In this document: one piece after another, positions 1-8,086 of the stretch
Layout: each line of letters opens with the position of its first letter
Position numbering within the stretch: position 1 is the stretch's first letter
Assembly (NCBI GenBank): GCA_003345555.1
Contig: PRDJ01000065.1
Span: 1 to 22,162 of the forward strand
Length of the DNA: 22,162 bases
Reading direction: 5' to 3'
Source: Candidatus Thorarchaeota archaeon
Lineage (GTDB): Archaea; Asgardarchaeota; Thorarchaeia; Thorarchaeales; Thorarchaeaceae
Program-made: the position numbers and the translations under genes
Notes under the pieces: model-generated
The model's database searches: none
Told to the model about the DNA's origin: nothing
What the model saw: the letters and a program-made list of their open reading frames with translations, nothing else

Positions 1-20
1 TACCTCTGTTTCATATACGA

Positions 21-593
21 CTAGGCCTCACCCGGTTTGACCGCTTGAGCTGCGGCTTCGGGTTTGCCCTTCTTCCCGCAGGCAACCTCAGGCAAGAAGA
101 GAATGGCGATGAATATTGCGGCGACGAGGAGTAGTCCAGTCGGCGTTCTCAAGAACAGACTCACATTGCCTAGCTGGGGAATAATGAGCACGACGACGCC
201 TACGATTTCACTGTATGTCCGAGTACCCGGATCTGGAGACCCGTTGTGATCCCCCTGCGTTGTGTAGTAATAGGTGCCATTTACGACTTCGATGGACATC
301 ACTCGGTGAATGATTGCAGTGCCAGGCATGTACGTCGTGTCTTGATAGACAACGATATCGCCGAGGTGTATCTGATCGGGTGCCCTTCTCTGCACGATTG
401 CAAGATCACCCACATGCAACGTGGGCTCCATCGACTGACTAGTAACAACGACCAGAGGGCTTGTTGTTCCCATGGCAAGCATGAACAACCCGTAGCCCCC
501 GAAGGTTGCACCTGCGACAATTAGCATCAGGAAAAGGGTCTTGACAAGCTCCGAATGCTGGTTCCACTTCAGGGCTTTCCTGATTCGCTCCAT
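21..593 (-). CDS. sec11: Signal peptidase I (S26B, Sec11/SipW type)
   Basis: N-terminal TM, then catalytic Ser motif VVTSQSMEPTL-VGDL, His motif IIHRV (Ser-His dyad), TQGDHN motif and C-terminal TM. The track ORF runs to 734, overlapping the divergent gene; the likelier start is ATG 593 (MERIRK). Confidence 0.93.
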   Translation of the reverse strand: MERIRKALKWNQHSELVKTLFLMLIVAGATFGGYGLFMLAMGTTSPLVVVTSQSMEPTLHVGDLAIVQRRAPDQIHLGDIVVYQDTTYMPGTAIIHRVMSIEVVNGTYYYTTQGDHNGSPDPGTRTYSEIVGVVVLIIPQLGNVSLFLRTPTGLLLVAAIFIAILFLPEVACGKKGKPEAAAQAVKPGEA

Positions 594-709
594 GTCCTGA
601 CACTCTAATGCGTTCGGCAGGCGCGAGCTAATAAGCCTGACGCAGTAACTTGGGAGAGCAGCTTTAAACTGCCATTTATCTATCATGTCAGCGCGCGAGG
701 CTCTGTTGA

Positions 710-1870
710 ATGAGCAGTGTTTGGACACGTGCATGGGAAAAGACCCCCAAGATAGACTGCGGTCTCTGTGGGTATGTCAGATGCGCTTGCTTTGCGCGCG
801 CCGCCCTTGTTGGTGACTGCAAATCTGATCTATGTCCCGTGCTTTCAGTTCCCGAGTTTTCGCGCCAGAGCGCAGAACTTGAGTCGCTTCTCAGTCGGGG
901 TGCGCAAGGATTTCCGAAGCCCGCACCGGAGATGCCCAAAGGTGGCGTGCTGCTAACGTCGCCCTGTAAGGATAGAGTTGACCGGGTGATGGCCGAGCTC
1001 AGAGTCTACAATGGCGTGAAGGAAGGAGAACCCGCTCGATTCATGGTTTTCGACTCAACAGTTCTTTGTGATATGCTCGAATGTCTCTCTTCCCAATTCG
1101 AGATTCTGAAGTGCAGTAGGGATTTGGGCTACGCGCGCGCGGATACGGGAGAGACTAGTGTGACACTGTTGCAGGACGGCAGAATCAACATGAGACGCAT
1201 GAATGACATAGACCACGTGAAGCGTCTATTCGCTATGATTGAGAGTGCAGTCATGCCCTCGGTTGTCTGCAATTGCTGCGCCATGGACCTGCTTTCGATA
1301 TTGGCCGATGGGGCCAAAGACGTGGAACATGAGCACACGATTTTCAAAGCCGGAAGCACTGTGAGCCTCAACGTAGAACAGCTCTCCGGTACCTCTAGTC
1401 GAGATGCAATGTTGTCGTACGGAGGAGAATTCTTTGCCGAGGTCGTACGGAATCTAGACGGCATGTTTGATTGGCTGAGGCTGGAAGTTGAGAAGATCCT
1501 AACAAAGGCGCCTTCCAAGGCAGGCAATCGGCCAGACACCAAGAGCGTAAGGTCAATGCTAGTTGCCTTGGCTCACGATGACCAAATCAAAGGTCGGGAG
1601 TCTCTTGTGTATAAAGCTCAAGCCATACTGTGGCTGATTGAGAATGGTCTCAGGGGTTTGGCTCAACTGCAACGCGAGCTGGAGCAGAACTCAGGAGCAG
1701 AGCTCAATGAGCTTCGGAGATTACTGCTCTCTGCGTCCAATGGTATACTGCCTGATTATGAAAGGAACGTGGTGAAGTCCGGACTCCTGTTGAGCTATGC
1801 TCAGATGAGGCGAGTCGATAGGGCGATGAAGGCCTTCGGCTCTTGGACTACCAAGAGAGAGAATCAGTGA
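710..1870 (+). CDS. Fe-S cluster-binding protein (N-terminal putative FeS domain plus COG4871-like metal-binding domain)
   Basis: N-terminal P-KIDCGLCGYVRC..FA...CP motif (CxxCxxxxC-x16-C). Further Cys in SPC, VCNCC and a VTLLQDGRINMRR segment. 386-aa ORF. Confidence 0.7.
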   Translation: MSSVWTRAWEKTPKIDCGLCGYVRCACFARAALVGDCKSDLCPVLSVPEFSRQSAELESLLSRGAQGFPKPAPEMPKGGVLLTSPCKDRVDRVMAELRVYNGVKEGEPARFMVFDSTVLCDMLECLSSQFEILKCSRDLGYARADTGETSVTLLQDGRINMRRMNDIDHVKRLFAMIESAVMPSVVCNCCAMDLLSILADGAKDVEHEHTIFKAGSTVSLNVEQLSGTSSRDAMLSYGGEFFAEVVRNLDGMFDWLRLEVEKILTKAPSKAGNRPDTKSVRSMLVALAHDDQIKGRESLVYKAQAILWLIENGLRGLAQLQRELEQNSGAELNELRRLLLSASNGILPDYERNVVKSGLLLSYAQMRRVDRAMKAFGSWTTKRENQ

Positions 1871-2355
1871 CCGTATCTTCTTGATGCTTCAGCCATGATG
1901 GCGAGTACCTGAGCGGCATCAAGTATTTTGTCGGGTTCCCACTTTTGAACTTCATTGACCTTCACACCTGCGTCCTTTGTGAAGAACTCTGTCAGAATCC
2001 TGAGCTTCTTTGCTTCAGAATCGGCAGCCTTGCTCGCGTCCTTGGCGGTAGGAAAACCTGATGCAGGTACCTCAACGGTGCTCATAACGTACCAAGTAGG
2101 ACTGGCACCTTTCGCTCCAGCAATCTTGACGGCGACCAATTCACCTGGCAATAGGTCCACATCTTCCATGAAGACGATGGCGTCGCCTACCTCTATTTCG
2201 CTGGTGGCCGGTTTCTTTTCTCCCGTGCGCTTCACGACCAATTCTGTGAACTCGAACAGTGCTCTGCGAGCACCTTTCCTGAGAAGCTCAACAGAGGTCT
2301 GTATCACTATTCCCTCGCGCAAGTCTTGTGGTTTACCACCAGTCCGCTTCGACAT
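1864..2355 (-). CDS. Hypothetical protein (163 aa)
   Basis: Protein-like composition. SD-like GGTGAG just upstream of the ATG and a BRE/TATA-like GCAAAGG-TTTAAT 33 nt upstream. Overlaps the convergent gene by 7 nt. Confidence 0.8.
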   Translation of the reverse strand: MSKRTGGKPQDLREGIVIQTSVELLRKGARRALFEFTELVVKRTGEKKPATSEIEVGDAIVFMEDVDLLPGELVAVKIAGAKGASPTWYVMSTVEVPASGFPTAKDASKAADSEAKKLRILTEFFTKDAGVKVNEVQKWEPDKILDAAQVLAIMAEASRRYGH

Positions 2356-2360
2356 GTGGC

Positions 2361-2400
2361 CTCACCAGTTGTTCGTTCAAGCCTCTCATTAAACCTTTGC
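2361..2400 (-). promoter_or_regulatory. Archaeal promoter (BRE+TATA) and SD for the 163-aa gene
   Basis: Minus strand GCAAAGG-TTTAAT (2388-2400) and GGTGAG (2361-2366). Confidence 0.6.
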
Positions 2401-2542
2401 TCCCGAAGGGTACCAACGGTTTCCCACTGCATACATATCGACATTGAACAAATAGGATTTAGTCCCTTGACGTGAAGCTTATGAGAACCGTCGTCCGTCA
2501 GTGCACAGTCACCTGGAACTGGCTGAGTACGAGAGATGAACG

Positions 2543-4129
2543 ATGTCTAAGCCTTGGTTATCTGGCCGGTCTGATGTCTTGGCCCGCAATGGAATGGTCG
2601 CCTCATCCCAACCTCTCGCCACTCAGGCCGGGATCGACATACTGAGGCGCGGAGGCAATGCAGTTGACGCCGCAGTTGCAGCTGCTGCAGTACTGGATGT
2701 CGTGGAGCCGTTCAGCACGGGATGCGGCGGGGATGCATTTGTGCTACTTCACCTCCCGGGACACGACGCTCCAATCGGTTTCAACGGTTCAGGTCGGGCA
2801 GGGTCGCTCGTTAGTCTGCATCACGTTATCAGCCGAGGCTGGACCAGCATGCCAACAAGAGGAGGAGCGCCTGTCACTGTACCAGGAGCCATGCATCTCT
2901 GGTACACAATCATCAAGGAACGTGGTCAGCTTGAGTTCAAGGATGTCCTAGAGCCAGCAATCGGCTATGCACGCGAGGGATTTCCGGTCTCGCCGAGGAT
3001 CTCGTCTGTTTGGAAGGATGCTGTCTTCTACCTGAGGAACAAAGAGGCGCTGGCTGTCTTTACTATTGATGGAAAGGGTCCGGAGACTGGACGGGTCATG
3101 CGCAATGCCGACCTTGCCAAGACGTTTGAAACAGTAGCAAGGGAAGGAATCGAGTCGTTCTATGGAGGTGAGATTGCAGAGGCGATTGCCGAGACAATTC
3201 AGTCACATGGCGGGTTTGTCTCCGTTGGCGATTTGAGGGGACATTCGACGAAGGAAACTACGCCGGTCAAGAGTTCATATCGTGGAGTTCGCGTCTTCGA
3301 GCATCCACCCAACAGTCAGGGATTTGCAGCACAAGTGATGCTTAACATCATGGCGACTTTCGACACATCGATCTTCGCATCACTCGAAGCAGAACGTTAT
3401 CATATCATGATTGAGGCAAAGAAACTTGCCTATTCCGACTTGGAGCAACACAATGCAGACCCGGATTTCTATCATGTACCAATGGAGAAGCTGTTGTCAG
3501 TAGAGTATGCAGTGAAGCGAGCAGAACTTGTCAACGCGAAGAAGGCAATGGACTTGCCTGAGACCGGCATCAGCAGATCCTCGGACACGGTCTATCTAGC
3601 GACCGCGGATGCTGAAGGACGAGCTGTGTCTTTCATAAACAGCCTGTACATGTCCTTCGGAAGCGGCCTTGTCGTTCCGGGCTGGGGCATAAAACTGCAG
3701 AATCGCGGGGCGCTCTTTTCACTGGACCCGTCGCATCCGAACTGCTACTGGCCAGGGAAGCTTCCTTTCCATACGCTGTGTCCAGGAGCCATGTATGATG
3801 ATGATGGCCTGCTGGGCGTCTTTGGAATAATGGGAGGAGATCATCAAGCCGAAGCTCACGCTCAGTTCGTGAGCAACATCGTGGATTGCAGCATGTCCCC
3901 TCAGCATGCAATCGACTTTCCAAGGTTTCGCCACGACCAGCATTCTAATACTGTGAACCTTGAGATAGGCACACCCGGCTCAGTGAAGACAGACCTGCAG
4001 AGGAAGGGGCATAGGCTAGCCCAAGATTCATCATCACAGTTCGGCGGCGGGCAGGCAATAATGAGAATCCACGAGGGATGGGTCGCAGGGTCGGATTACC
4101 GAAAGGACGGACAAGCATCGGGCTACTAG
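2543..4129 (+). CDS. ggt: Gamma-glutamyltransferase / glutathione hydrolase-like (Ntn hydrolase, YwrD type)
   Basis: GMVASSQPLA, GGNAVDAAVA, GCGGDAF and VTVPGA motifs. Autocleavage nucleophile Thr in SSD-TVYL; SFINS, FGSG and GSDYRKDG at the C-terminus. Confidence 0.96.
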   Translation: MSKPWLSGRSDVLARNGMVASSQPLATQAGIDILRRGGNAVDAAVAAAAVLDVVEPFSTGCGGDAFVLLHLPGHDAPIGFNGSGRAGSLVSLHHVISRGWTSMPTRGGAPVTVPGAMHLWYTIIKERGQLEFKDVLEPAIGYAREGFPVSPRISSVWKDAVFYLRNKEALAVFTIDGKGPETGRVMRNADLAKTFETVAREGIESFYGGEIAEAIAETIQSHGGFVSVGDLRGHSTKETTPVKSSYRGVRVFEHPPNSQGFAAQVMLNIMATFDTSIFASLEAERYHIMIEAKKLAYSDLEQHNADPDFYHVPMEKLLSVEYAVKRAELVNAKKAMDLPETGISRSSDTVYLATADAEGRAVSFINSLYMSFGSGLVVPGWGIKLQNRGALFSLDPSHPNCYWPGKLPFHTLCPGAMYDDDGLLGVFGIMGGDHQAEAHAQFVSNIVDCSMSPQHAIDFPRFRHDQHSNTVNLEIGTPGSVKTDLQRKGHRLAQDSSSQFGGGQAIMRIHEGWVAGSDYRKDGQASGY

Positions 4130-4183
4130 TTCTTCTCTGCCATCCTTATCTGTATCATTTGTGAACATCATGCGTGATTATCA

Positions 4184-4876
4184 ATGCCCAAGAATCAACG
4201 AGTCCACTTCGCGGATCATAGGAGTAGGCGAGTAGTCTACGTCAGTAGTTGCCTTCTCGACCAAAACCGGCGCTACCCCGGGATTGCAGTTGGTGCAGGG
4301 GCATTGCGGGATCTATTCTTGCCTCTTGCGGAGAATGGAATTGGTGTCGAGCAGCTTCCTTGCCTAGAGTGCCTAGGATGGGGCGGCGTCTCACGCACTT
4401 CTTCCTTAAGGTTCATGCCGACAATCTTCCGCTATGCCGACTCGAAGCTTTTTCCGATCGTAAGGGGCATCGTACGAATATGGCTGCTAAGATACCGCCG
4501 ACTATGCAAGAAAGTGGTAAAAGCCATCGCGATAGACATGAAGAATCTCGTCGACAACGGCTATGACATTGTTGGGATCATCGCCATGAACGACAGCCCG
4601 ACATGCGGCGTGACCAAGACAATCGGCATCATTGACTTTGTCGCGAAATCGAAATCAATGGGTCTGAAGCTCGAAGATCTGACATCACCCAGCTTCGACA
4701 AGATGAAAGAAGTCCTGCCGAGTCTTCTAGTCACCGGTCGCGGCTTGTTTATGACAGAGCTCCTATTCGCACTGAGACGACAAGCGATTGTACAACGAGT
4801 CTTCGAATTCAATCCATGGAATGACATCAAGACTGAAGCGGGAAGAGTAGTTGGCGAGATTCTTCAAACAAGGTAA
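4184..4876 (+). CDS. DUF523/TudS-related putative [4Fe-4S] desulfidase
   Basis: Three-Cys pattern SSCLLDQN ... QLPCLE ... DSPTCG, typical of 2-thiouracil desulfidase-like (COG5418/DUF523) proteins. Confidence 0.75.
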   Translation: MPKNQRVHFADHRSRRVVYVSSCLLDQNRRYPGIAVGAGALRDLFLPLAENGIGVEQLPCLECLGWGGVSRTSSLRFMPTIFRYADSKLFPIVRGIVRIWLLRYRRLCKKVVKAIAIDMKNLVDNGYDIVGIIAMNDSPTCGVTKTIGIIDFVAKSKSMGLKLEDLTSPSFDKMKEVLPSLLVTGRGLFMTELLFALRRQAIVQRVFEFNPWNDIKTEAGRVVGEILQTR

Positions 4877-4895
4877 TTGGACAGTATCAGAAGAC

Positions 4896-4941
4896 TGGGA
4901 GTGGGAGAGTCTAATCTAAGCGGCAGAGCTCTCCCATCCCA
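4896..4941. terminator. Stem-loop between convergent genes
   Basis: TGGGA(G)TGGGAGAG (4896-4909) pairs with CTCTCCCA-TCCCA (4929-4941): 13 bp with one bulge. Confidence 0.5.
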
Positions 4942-4951
4942 CCGGCGTCGA

Positions 4952-6856
4952 TTATCTTCTACGGGCGAAGACAGTCAACACAACAACAACTACTGCCGCT
5001 ACTGAACCAATGATTACGACATATGTCAGTGTGTCAACGGGACCCGCCGACGTTGTCGTTGTAGTGGTCGTTGTACTAGTAGTACTTCCAGCCCAAGCAA
5101 GAGAGAAGTACGCCCGCGTGGCTATGTTGCCGCTTGTGTCATTGGCAACGACTTTGACTGCGATTGTCTTGTTCTCGAGACCAGATATCGTGGCAGAATA
5201 CACTCCACCTACTTGCGTCATCGGAACGGTCACTGTTTCCGTGTCTAGAATATATTCCAGCATGACGGTATCGACGTTGTCTGGATCGGTTACAGAAGCA
5301 CTGAAGACAACGGGTTGGTCATTTAGCGGAGAGCTCGGAGTCCACTGAACGGCGCTTATCCTAGGACCCACTTCGTCTACGTCAGGTATTGTCCCTTGTG
5401 TGCGATTCGTAACCCAATACAGGAAGTTCTCGACTACGTGAACATTGTCAAAATCGGTCTTTCCGTAATCGAAGTCACTGAAGAATGTGGTTCCTGCTAC
5501 CAACAATCGCAGAGCCCCTACCTGCTCGATTGCCATCAGCGGAGTCTGATTTCCATATTGCCCGTCGTCCGTGTCATCATAGACAACTTGGATTCCCGGT
5601 GGCACTTGGTCGGTCTGATATCCAGTGTGGTCCGCGTAGATTATGGGCAGGACCGGACCGTCGACCGTGAAGTAGAGGCTGGATGGCGAGAATAGTGTAA
5701 TGGAACTCACATTCTCCGTAAGACCGGCAGTTTGACTAGCAGCAGGAATGACTGTGAGGTCGTTGTACCATGGCTGATATGTTCCTGTCATGTAGACGTT
5801 GTCATCATTGATTCGGATGTGAGAACCAATGGCTTCGAGTATTTGATTGGGTCGGGCATCGTCCACATTAGTTGAGAAGTCTCCCCGCCCTGTCAACAGA
5901 ATCGACTTGTTTCCTGAAGAAGCCCACGTAGCGATATTCGATAGTTCATTAGCGGAATACGCATTGAGCGCGCACGTGGCTATCAGAAGGTCGACGTCTG
6001 CCAGCGAGGTCGCGTTGATCGCCGCGTATTGGATTCTCATCTCGAATCCGGCTCTTGCCAGCGTTGCATTGACTGCGTTGAGCTGTGCGCCAGTGGCATA
6101 GTCGTTTGAGTGAGCATAGTCAATGAGGGCAACATATTCAAAGGCATAAGAGACATCTGGAGCATTGATTCCCAGAGTGAGCGTGTGGAATAGACTGAGC
6201 GTTGCATTAATCGCTCTCGAAACGCAGGCCTCAGTAAGTGCTTTGATCGTCGCATTAGTGGCTATCATTCTTGAGTCGCTGCTCGGATATGCCTCAACGA
6301 CAATGTCGTAGTATTGATGTGCGAAGGTGGCACTCTGTACAACCAACTCTGTGACGTTCGGTATGTACGTCTCTGATGGTGTGGTGAGGCTGAGGCTGTC
6401 GAGGTTGTCATTTGTATCTCTTTCGTAGGCAGCATGCGCGGTGGAGTTCGGCCCTGTGTGAGTCGGCGTGCACGGGTCAGAAGAATAGTGCAACATTACA
6501 CCCGCCGCGAAGAACCCACTTTCCCAATTGCCCGCGGTGAAGTTGTCTCTAGCGAAGTTGAACCATCTGGTAGCGGCCTGAGGAGCAGTATACTGTCCGG
6601 TCTCAGGGTAGTATAGGTGATTGTCCCAGTCCTGCCACGTAGTGTCAGGAGTCGTGGATCCCTCCATAATCTCCGGAGTATAGTAGTCGAAGGCACTAGC
6701 CCAGCTAGCATTCGTGATACTGCCAATGGCCTCTGTGGCTATGAACTGATGAGTAGCTAGTCCCCAGGCACTAGCTGGGCTGGCCATGGAAAGTATCACT
6801 GCTACTGGCATCAATGGCACTACAAGAAGCATCAATGCAAACCATTGCTTCCGCAT
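4952..6856 (-). CDS. Secreted, C-terminally anchored Zn-dependent phospholipase C / S1-P1 nuclease-family protein with GldG/IFT52-like (GIFT) and Ig-like domains
   Basis: Signal peptide ending ASA|WGLATH, which places the Zn-ligating Trp at the mature N-terminus. Motifs EGSTTPD, DNHLY, LHYSSD..TPTH and HAAYE follow. Then come a LIDYAHSNDY...L-DVDLL...GNKSILLTG domain, a Thr-rich linker, a TM and RRR. The track start is 6880; a TTTAAT box at 6883-6888 favours a leaderless start at ATG 6856. Confidence 0.85.
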   Translation of the reverse strand: MRKQWFALMLLVVPLMPVAVILSMASPASAWGLATHQFIATEAIGSITNASWASAFDYYTPEIMEGSTTPDTTWQDWDNHLYYPETGQYTAPQAATRWFNFARDNFTAGNWESGFFAAGVMLHYSSDPCTPTHTGPNSTAHAAYERDTNDNLDSLSLTTPSETYIPNVTELVVQSATFAHQYYDIVVEAYPSSDSRMIATNATIKALTEACVSRAINATLSLFHTLTLGINAPDVSYAFEYVALIDYAHSNDYATGAQLNAVNATLARAGFEMRIQYAAINATSLADVDLLIATCALNAYSANELSNIATWASSGNKSILLTGRGDFSTNVDDARPNQILEAIGSHIRINDDNVYMTGTYQPWYNDLTVIPAASQTAGLTENVSSITLFSPSSLYFTVDGPVLPIIYADHTGYQTDQVPPGIQVVYDDTDDGQYGNQTPLMAIEQVGALRLLVAGTTFFSDFDYGKTDFDNVHVVENFLYWVTNRTQGTIPDVDEVGPRISAVQWTPSSPLNDQPVVFSASVTDPDNVDTVMLEYILDTETVTVPMTQVGGVYSATISGLENKTIAVKVVANDTSGNIATRAYFSLAWAGSTTSTTTTTTTTSAGPVDTLTYVVIIGSVAAVVVVVLTVFARRR

Positions 6857-7081
6857 AATGCGTCGGGATGGTTCAATCATGTATTAAACAGTACGCTCAG
6901 GAAATTGCCGGGGCGGCTAGAAGTCCGGAGGCCATTCTCAACCTTCTACAGGGGGTCTGCAAAACAAGACATTTCCGTATCGCCAAAGCACGTGGAGGAG
7001 TATGGTTACTTCAGAAGCCGTCCTCAGGATTATGTTACCATCTTATCCTATGCAAGGCGCCCAAAAGTCCTGAAGTGTGGT

Positions 7082-7094
7082 GAAAGACCCTATA
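7082..7094 (+). promoter_or_regulatory. Promoter-like motif GAAAGACCCTATA (copy 1)
   Basis: Identical 13-mer at 10132-10144 and a 1-mismatch copy at 8600-8613; all three are intergenic and upstream of plus-strand units. Confidence 0.5.
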
Positions 7095-7142
7095 TTTCCT
7101 GCGGGTCATTCTTCGAAAGTATGATAGAGTGTCTTGACTGTA

Positions 7143-7242
7143 CTCGAATGCGAAGGCGGGCGTGCTGCGGACGGTAGCGTCCGTGGGCTGGGCCTGCAGC
7201 CGGGTGGCGTGCACGATGCCGCCCGCCTGTTGTCTATTCGAG
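7143..7242. ncRNA. Candidate structured RNA (long stem with multi-hairpin junction)
   Basis: CTCGAAT/ATTCGAG outer stem and AGGCGGGC/GCCCGCCT inner stem. Three hairpins: GCGGACG-GTAG-CGTCCGT, GGCTG-N6-CAGCC and GGCGT-N5-ATGCC. Markedly GC-richer than the flanks. Confidence 0.5.
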
Positions 7243-7252
7243 GTTTGCTTAG

Positions 7253-7501
7253 ATGTCGGAGGACTCTGTTTCCAGGGAACTGGATGAGGCTATTGAGCGA
7301 GCCGACACCATCGTGGTACCCGGATTCTTGGATAGGTTTGATTCATCGTCTGGCGTCATGTTCAGGGAGCTGGCGATGCGAGAACGCATGTTGCGTGAGC
7401 CGCCTTCAGTTACGAATCTTCTCGTGACTGCCAGTGCAGGACGCGGTACGACCTGTCGGTATCAGGCAAGCCCAATTCTCGCAGGAGTGATTCCAAAATG
7501 A
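7253..7501 (+). CDS. Hypothetical 82-aa protein (possibly a frameshifted N-terminus of the TPR gene)
   Basis: ATG start; ATGA overlap with the next ORF at 7498-7501. Confidence 0.5.
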   Translation: MSEDSVSRELDEAIERADTIVVPGFLDRFDSSSGVMFRELAMRERMLREPPSVTNLLVTASAGRGTTCRYQASPILAGVIPK

Positions 7502-8067
7502 ACAGCGAAACAGATCAAGCAATTGGTGGTATGGATATCGAGCTTCTCAAGTGCGTTGATGGAGTCTTCGTGAAGCAAGTCCGTATCGTCCGGTCTGACC
7601 CAAAGGACGGATGGGCTTGGCTGAGGTTAGCGGGTCTAGCTCTCAGAACAGGTCCCAAGAGCGAAACCGTCGATGCCTTCGAATCCGTAGTGTCAGAAGT
7701 AGGAGATAGCTACTTGGGATGGTTTCTGCTTGGCAAACTTGAAGACCGGCTTGGCTTTTGGCGCAAGGCGGAGTCCGCATACAGGAGAGCGATACGGCTC
7801 GAGAGGACTGATGCAGCTCTGTGGACGAGTCTTGGCGGAGTATTCAGGAGCGAAGGAAGATACCATGCGGCCGAGAGAGCCCTTCTCAGGGCGGTCGAAC
7901 TGAATCCGGAATACTCACAGGCTTGGTTGGATCTTGCATCGGTCTATTCAGAGCTTGGCGACAGCGTTCAATGCAGAGCTGCACTAGAAAAAGCATACGA
8001 CTCAGATTCACTGAGCGTAGCCGAATATGTGAGAGCCCTTGAAAGAAGCGCAAGGGCAATCCGGTAA
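7498..8067 (+). CDS. Tetratricopeptide repeat protein
   Basis: About 4 TPR-like units, e.g. WTSLGGVFRSEGRYHAAERALLRAVELNPEYSQAWLDLA and WFLLGKL...AESAYRRAIRL. Confidence 0.85.
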   Translation: MNSETDQAIGGMDIELLKCVDGVFVKQVRIVRSDPKDGWAWLRLAGLALRTGPKSETVDAFESVVSEVGDSYLGWFLLGKLEDRLGFWRKAESAYRRAIRLERTDAALWTSLGGVFRSEGRYHAAERALLRAVELNPEYSQAWLDLASVYSELGDSVQCRAALEKAYDSDSLSVAEYVRALERSARAIR

Positions 8068-8086
8068 TGATTCTGGGACAAAGCAA

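Noticed and set aside
737-748. GAAAAGACCCCC resembling the shared promoter motif
   Set aside because: Lies within the Fe-S coding sequence (W-E-K-T-P) and lacks the TATA part.
5049-5090. Trinucleotide-like repeats here and the GAA run at 21781-21805 as repeat arrays or CRISPR
   Set aside because: They encode a Thr-rich linker and a poly-Glu tail; no repeat-spacer structure.
5010-6726. Several antisense ORFs within the PLC gene (also within ggt, aspA, MDR and the paralogs, e.g. 8607-9173 and 11174-11494)
   Set aside because: Shadow frames of strongly supported genes; the resemblance between 8607-9173 and 11174-11494 just mirrors the sense-strand duplication.
7154-7228. Possible tRNA (including tRNA-Sec or tRNA-Pyl)
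   Set aside because: No TTCRA loop, no U8/A14/G18G19 pattern, a 6-nt central loop and no UCA/CUA anticodon on either strand; kept only as an unknown structured RNA.
6845-7427. ORFs 6845-7177, 6868-7083 and 7134-7427
   Set aside because: They overlap promoters and the structured element, have no recognisable motifs, and their composition is Arg/Gly/Cys-rich as expected for spurious frames.
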